From a bacterium (GTDB lineage Bacteria; Synergistota; GBS-1): 64,000 nt of DNA. Positions 59,487-64,000 of this stretch are shown in pieces; position 1 is the stretch's first letter; the number at the start of each line of letters is the position of its first letter. The translations under genes and the position numbers were made by a program. The stretch lies in the NCBI GenBank assembly GCA_030153785.1, contig JASKLF010000006.1, positions 86,405-150,404 of the forward strand, given 5' to 3'. The notes under the pieces are model-generated. The model had not been told where the DNA came from, did not search any database, and saw only the letters and a list, made by a program, of their open reading frames with translations.

Positions 59487-62412
59487 TTTCATCACCTTCA
59501 ATTTTTATTATATTTCTGAAAAGAATTATAGTATCAAATAAAAGCCCACCGAGGGCTGAATTTACAAAGAACCATCTGATTTCATCTCTCAGCCTGTTCC
59601 ATTTACCGCCAAAAGCATCTTTTAAAGTAGCTTCTGCAAACTCTCTAAGTACATTTTGCTTGTTCCTATCTTCAACATTTCTCCATTCTCTCAATTTTGA
59701 AGTAAGCATTTCCTCAATGAAATTTATCTGCGAACTTGAAAGATTTGCTGATAACACATCCCACAACTCCAACATTTCAGATATTTGATATAAATAATAT
59801 GGTCTTCCTGTAAATAGTTTGTAGTCTTCACTACCTCTCTTTGTGCTCTCATAATATATGTGATATCTATCAGTCGTTCCTAAAAGCAGTTCAAAGTCAA
59901 AATACCCGGGATAAAGGTAGAAAATTTTTCCTTTAGAAATGGGAGATAAGTCACAAAGAGCATATTTTTTATTATCCACTACAGATTCTGTAGGATAAAA
60001 GCCATAATATTTGTCGTCTCTCATTCCGTTTATATCCCACCACGGGTTCATTCTAATTTGCTTCTTAAATTCTTCTCCTTCAAGCATTCTGCTTTCCGCA
60101 TCGAGAAGAATATAAAGCGGGAATTTTCTTTTTGCCACAAGTAGTTTAACATTTAATGGTAGTTTACCTAACACCTTCTTAAATCTCTCATCGTAAAGTT
60201 TTTTGATTAGCTCTATGATTTTTATAAAATCCAAGGCAGGAACTATTAAGCGAAGCGAGAGCGGGGATTTGTTGATTTCAATTAAGGGATAGTATTCCTC
60301 TATTTTCATACTATTTTCATCAGGCTTTATTGATTCGTTCAATAGATTTTTATCAGGATCATCTTCCAGAGCAAAGTACTTAAATCCCTGTTTCAATGCC
60401 TCTTTAACAGCTTCTTCCCCCACTTTATTGTCAAACTTGAATTTTCCAAGAGATTCCATTGTATAGAATTCTCCATTCTCATTGTGAAAAACAAGTAGTT
60501 TTTGTGGCTCTAAATTATCTATTTGAACCATGTAAGGAGTTTTCTCTTCTATTCCCATTCCTTGCTTTAGTTTAGATTTTAAGTCATTTAAGTCAACGGA
60601 AAACTTTATTCTTCTCCATTTATTGTTGTAAATCTCATTTTTTATCTTTCTAACTACTAAATCAAAAAATTCCTCTGTTTCTCGCCATATCCTGTACAAT
60701 CGGGCAGGAGACGGATTCTGAGTAAAAAGATAAGTAGCAAGATTTTCTTTAGTTAGACCGCCAGCATCTATACGTTCCTCGATGTTACTTAGATGCTTTT
60801 CAAGAGTATTTTCATTTAATCCAATGATTTCTTCAAAAAATGTATCCAATATTTTTGCAGCAGTTGCTTTATTCTTATCCTTTACTTCCCAAAATACATC
60901 CAAAACCTTGTAGGCGGTTTCTTTGTCTGGACGTAAAGTAAAAATAAGTTGTTTTATTTTTTGTTCTAATTCTTTCTTTTCTTTAGCTTTCTCGTTTATC
61001 TTATTTTTTAATTCATCTTGTATTTTATACAAATTCTCTTTTTCTTTATCCAGCCAGTCCTCAAAGCTCTGCGAATAAATTGTCTCGATCATTGTTCCAT
61101 CAAGCCATTTATCAAGGTAAAAATTCAAAGAGATCAGAGCGATCCTGTTATTTTTATCTGCGACTTCATCAACCCATATTGTATCTTCCATGTTTGAAAG
61201 CCATTGTAATAGTCTTCCTCTTCTTCTTTCTTCACAAACATAACATCTTTCTTTCTTCTCACCCTTTGGCCTTATCCTGCAGATGGGACAGATATCCTGC
61301 CCTTTAACCGGTATGGTAATCTTAGGATTTTCAAAAAAATATTCTCTCTTACCTTCAACAAACAGAGCTGGAGTCATTTTGGGTATTTTTCTTTTTTCAG
61401 ATGCAAATTTTAATTCATCGGCGATAATAGTAAGTGTCCCCGAGGTTTTGCTCAACGTGAAAAATGACCAGAGTTCATCACTGCTTTTTTCATACACTAC
61501 TTTTAGAGCGATTTCTGCACACTCTTTAGCAAGCTCTTTTGAGTCATTAAACTCAGGAAATGTAAAATATATCCCGTTTATATTCTCATAAATTGCATTT
61601 CCTATGGGAATTTCATCCTCTAACTTCTTTTTTAATTCCTTTTTGATATTTCTAATAATTTCTTCTCTTGCCTTAGTCTCTGCAATTTTCCTTCCCTTGT
61701 TTATGAACCCTAATCCGTCCCAACAAATGCCCAATATTCTCCATTTTAAATCCTGAAGACCTGGAACTGCTTTACATGCTATTGCAGCCAAAACAGATTT
61801 AAACAATGATGCTGTTGAATAGGAGTGATCCCAAAGAGTGACATCATTTGAGGGTATTCTTGTTTCTCCAAGGGCGTGAGAAAAAGCTGTTCTAAGGTTG
61901 TTCATTAAAGATTCTCTGAAGCAAGTTAGACTCATTGTTCCTGAGATATAATTTGCAAATAATCCTTTCAGATTATCCTGCAGGTCATCAAATCTTTTCT
62001 GAAGACAATCTAAATCTATCTTCTCTTTGGGATAACCGAAAGGAGATGAAATCCAAGTGTCGTTCACGTGTTGTTTTTGCCTTACTATACCTTTATCATC
62101 TGCAGAATCTTTTTTATCACACTTTTCCAAGCACCCTAAAAGCATTCCACTTGCATTATGATGTTGTTTAATAAAATCATAAATCGATTTTTCATCACCG
62201 CCTAGTTTTACTTTTAGCTGTTTAAAACACTCAATAAGCTCAGGGGCAATAAGTTCATCAATCTTCCGTGCATGATGCGGTAATCCTCTTATATTTTCTT
62301 TTGATTGAGTTTTTATAAAATTCGGATGACACTTCCCAATATCGTGAAGCAACGCCCCGATTTCTCCAATTAATATGAATTCTCTCTTATTTATGATCAT
62401 ATCAATACTCAT
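59479..62412 (-). CDS. cas10: type III-C large subunit Cas10 (Csx11 family)
   Basis: LLHDIGK HD motif, NDVTLWDH, zinc finger CPIC..CYVC, NPSPARLYRIW; no GGDD motif. Confidence 0.88.
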   Translation of the reverse strand: MSIDMIINKREFILIGEIGALLHDIGKCHPNFIKTQSKENIRGLPHHARKIDELIAPELIECFKQLKVKLGGDEKSIYDFIKQHHNASGMLLGCLEKCDKKDSADDKGIVRQKQHVNDTWISSPFGYPKEKIDLDCLQKRFDDLQDNLKGLFANYISGTMSLTCFRESLMNNLRTAFSHALGETRIPSNDVTLWDHSYSTASLFKSVLAAIACKAVPGLQDLKWRILGICWDGLGFINKGRKIAETKAREEIIRNIKKELKKKLEDEIPIGNAIYENINGIYFTFPEFNDSKELAKECAEIALKVVYEKSSDELWSFFTLSKTSGTLTIIADELKFASEKRKIPKMTPALFVEGKREYFFENPKITIPVKGQDICPICRIRPKGEKKERCYVCEERRRGRLLQWLSNMEDTIWVDEVADKNNRIALISLNFYLDKWLDGTMIETIYSQSFEDWLDKEKENLYKIQDELKNKINEKAKEKKELEQKIKQLIFTLRPDKETAYKVLDVFWEVKDKNKATAAKILDTFFEEIIGLNENTLEKHLSNIEERIDAGGLTKENLATYLFTQNPSPARLYRIWRETEEFFDLVVRKIKNEIYNNKWRRIKFSVDLNDLKSKLKQGMGIEEKTPYMVQIDNLEPQKLLVFHNENGEFYTMESLGKFKFDNKVGEEAVKEALKQGFKYFALEDDPDKNLLNESIKPDENSMKIEEYYPLIEINKSPLSLRLIVPALDFIKIIELIKKLYDERFKKVLGKLPLNVKLLVAKRKFPLYILLDAESRMLEGEEFKKQIRMNPWWDINGMRDDKYYGFYPTESVVDNKKYALCDLSPISKGKIFYLYPGYFDFELLLGTTDRYHIYYESTKRGSEDYKLFTGRPYYLYQISEMLELWDVLSANLSSSQINFIEEMLTSKLREWRNVEDRNKQNVLREFAEATLKDAFGGKWNRLRDEIRWFFVNSALGGLLFDTIILFRNIIKIEGDENV

Positions 62413-63313
62413 TTTTGTTCACCTTGGTTAACCATATTGTTTGCTTTGGTGTATAATACCGAGAATATATTCTTTTTGTCTTTGGGATATACGTCAATAT
62501 TCTCCTCTTTCAATTCTTCAATTACGCCAAAGCCTGATGTTTTCTTCGCTGAAAATCCATAGACGTAAAACATAAGCTTCAAAGCCTCAGCAAGGAAATT
62601 CAAATCTTCTTTAATCTGCTCTTCTTTGAAATCCTCCCCTTTTGGGTATGGAACATAAAGAAGATAAAATTTTCCTTTGCTGCCGGGCTTCATGACTTCA
62701 AGGCTTATTGGACCCCTTGCAGGAGTTCTTGTATCTCTCTTTAATGGGGTGATAACATCCTTTTTTGCTTCTTCTTCAAAAAATGTTGGGAAAAAGTAAA
62801 GCCTGCCTTTTAATGCCTCGTCCTCTCCAGATCCGGATCCAAAGAGTCTTGTAATAATCTTTTCCTTTTCTGTTTCCTCCCATTCAACTTTTTCAGCAGC
62901 AAATCTTAGGTGACCTTTCCATGTTGATGGTCTTACTATTGGAAGCCCAGTGAATTTATCCCTGACAATCGGGTTTTCAAAGATTCTACCATCAATAATA
63001 TGAAATTCCCCCCATCCTTGCTTAAATATGGCTTTTTGAGGGTGAAAGAGATTTTTATAAGCACAGAATTCTTTGGAAAGTTTTGTAAATCGTTGGGATT
63101 GGGATAAAAATCGTGGATGTCTTTATCTTTCGAGAGAACAATATCCTTCTTTTTCTTTCCTACAATTTCTTCTTGTTGCCAAATTATACTTTTTTCTTCT
63201 TCAGATTTGTCTCTTAATCTCTTTTGATTTCCCCTCTTCCACTCCTCAAATGAGATAATTCTATCTCCCTCGTCTGATTCTAATAGCAGTTTTAAATAAT
63301 AATCGCATATCAT
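62409..63313 (-). pseudogene. cmr6: type III-C RAMP Cmr6, frameshifted
   Basis: ATG 63313 overlaps the cmr1 stop. LKKPYLSKD shifts frame at a G6 run (63008-63013) into EFHIIDGRIFENPIVRDKFTGLPIVRPSTWKGHLR...LFG...YGFSAKKTSGFG. Confidence 0.85.
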
Positions 63314-64000
63314 TCTGATCCCTCCAATAGTTGTCTCCCACATTTCTCATCTTTTAAGATGCATTCCTCTAAATATTGTTGATACTCCTTTTTTGAAAAC
63401 AACTTTTCTTTTAATTTATTTTCCAATTCTTTCTTTATTTTATTTTTAATGCTCTCTCCCACATTGTATCCCCAAATCCTTATTTCTACCATTTTGTCGT
63501 CAAGTTTATAGCCATGAGAGACAAAAACCCTTGAACCCTTCTTCGACTCACCAAATATCTCATGTCGTTTATTTTTATTATCCTCCAAATGTCTTACCGC
63601 ATCCCTTATATGAAATGCTATTGGAAGAAAACGGTAATTACTCCAGAGCTTTTTCCAATTTTCCCAATCATCAGTAAAACCACAGTGATCTGGTTGATGT
63701 GTCCAAAAGAGCCTTTTGTCAATTAAATTAATTATGTCCTCCCCGAATTTAATATAAAATTTGTAGAAGAAAAAGTCATTCAGATTAGCCAAACCAGCCT
63801 TATTACCGCTCCCTTTCAATTCAGACCTTTCAGGGGTTTCATCTCTATGCGGCAAATTGTTTTCAACAATTTCAATCACACCGTTGCCCTGTGATGTTCT
63901 CGCTCCTAATGCACCATAATTTGCTATTATCTGTAATGTTTTATTTAATAAAGCCCATTCATTCGGAGTTATTTCTCTTAGGGGTACAAATTTTAGAATT
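63310..64000 (-). CDS. cmr1: type III CRISPR RAMP Cmr1 (5' end beyond the window)
   Basis: The frame is open to the window edge and reads ...IIANYGALGARTSQGNGV... (G-rich loop), then IFGE..KGSRVFVSH.Y...EIRIWG. Confidence 0.82.
   Translation of the reverse strand, partial: ILKFVPLREITPNEWALLNKTLQIIANYGALGARTSQGNGVIEIVENNLPHRDETPERSELKGSGNKAGLANLNDFFFYKFYIKFGEDIINLIDKRLFWTHQPDHCGFTDDWENWKKLWSNYRFLPIAFHIRDAVRHLEDNKNKRHEIFGESKKGSRVFVSHGYKLDDKMVEIRIWGYNVGESIKNKIKKELENKLKEKLFSKKEYQQYLEECILKDEKCGRQLLEGSE

Noticed and set aside
1187..63258. Numerous short antisense or alternate-frame ORFs in the track
   Set aside because: They are shadows of well-supported genes and lack motifs or SD sequences.
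55390..64000. Integron integrase, transposase or prophage genes
   Set aside because: No tyrosine recombinase, DDE or phage motifs were recognised in any ORF.

Overview
This is gene-dense bacterial chromosome, probably from a thermophilic anaerobic amino-acid fermenter. AT-rich CDSs, very GC-rich tRNA/SRP stems, RNase Y, SigH, a large SRP RNA and Synergist-CTERM-like tails suggest Synergistota; this is inference, not a classification. Positions 1-33 kb are mostly housekeeping: sigH, birA, a LonC-like protease, ymdB-rny-recA-thpR-cinA-pgpA-rimO-rodZ-rpe-PASTA-rsmB, iorAB, SRP RNA, 6 tRNAs, tadA, trmI, queH, hom and gltX. They also hold a secreted TPR/FN3/clostripain/pseudo-clostripain cluster. 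Positions 33-55 kb are accessory metabolism and transport: a GntR-TAXI/TRAP-amidohydrolase-LeuA-like operon, TPP riboswitch-thi4-thiC, a methyltransferase::ATP-grasp fusion with an MFS exporter and an arginine-synthetase-like NTPase, mgtE, arsC, tctCBA and mscS. Positions 55.5-64 kb are visibly more AT-rich. They carry two cassette-like genes with degenerate attC-like sites and a type III-C CRISPR effector operon (cmr1-cmr6-cas10/csx11-cmr4-cmr5-cmr3) with frameshifted cmr6; no CRISPR array lies in the window. The most notable observations are: the last 5 codons of gltX, including its stop, lie inside tRNA-Gln; an active clostripain is paired with a Cys->Ser paralog among GC-CTERM-anchored surface proteins; two metabolic operons are uncharacterised; and there are three frameshifts and two tandem micro-duplications. 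All calls come from manual motif recognition; no searches were run.
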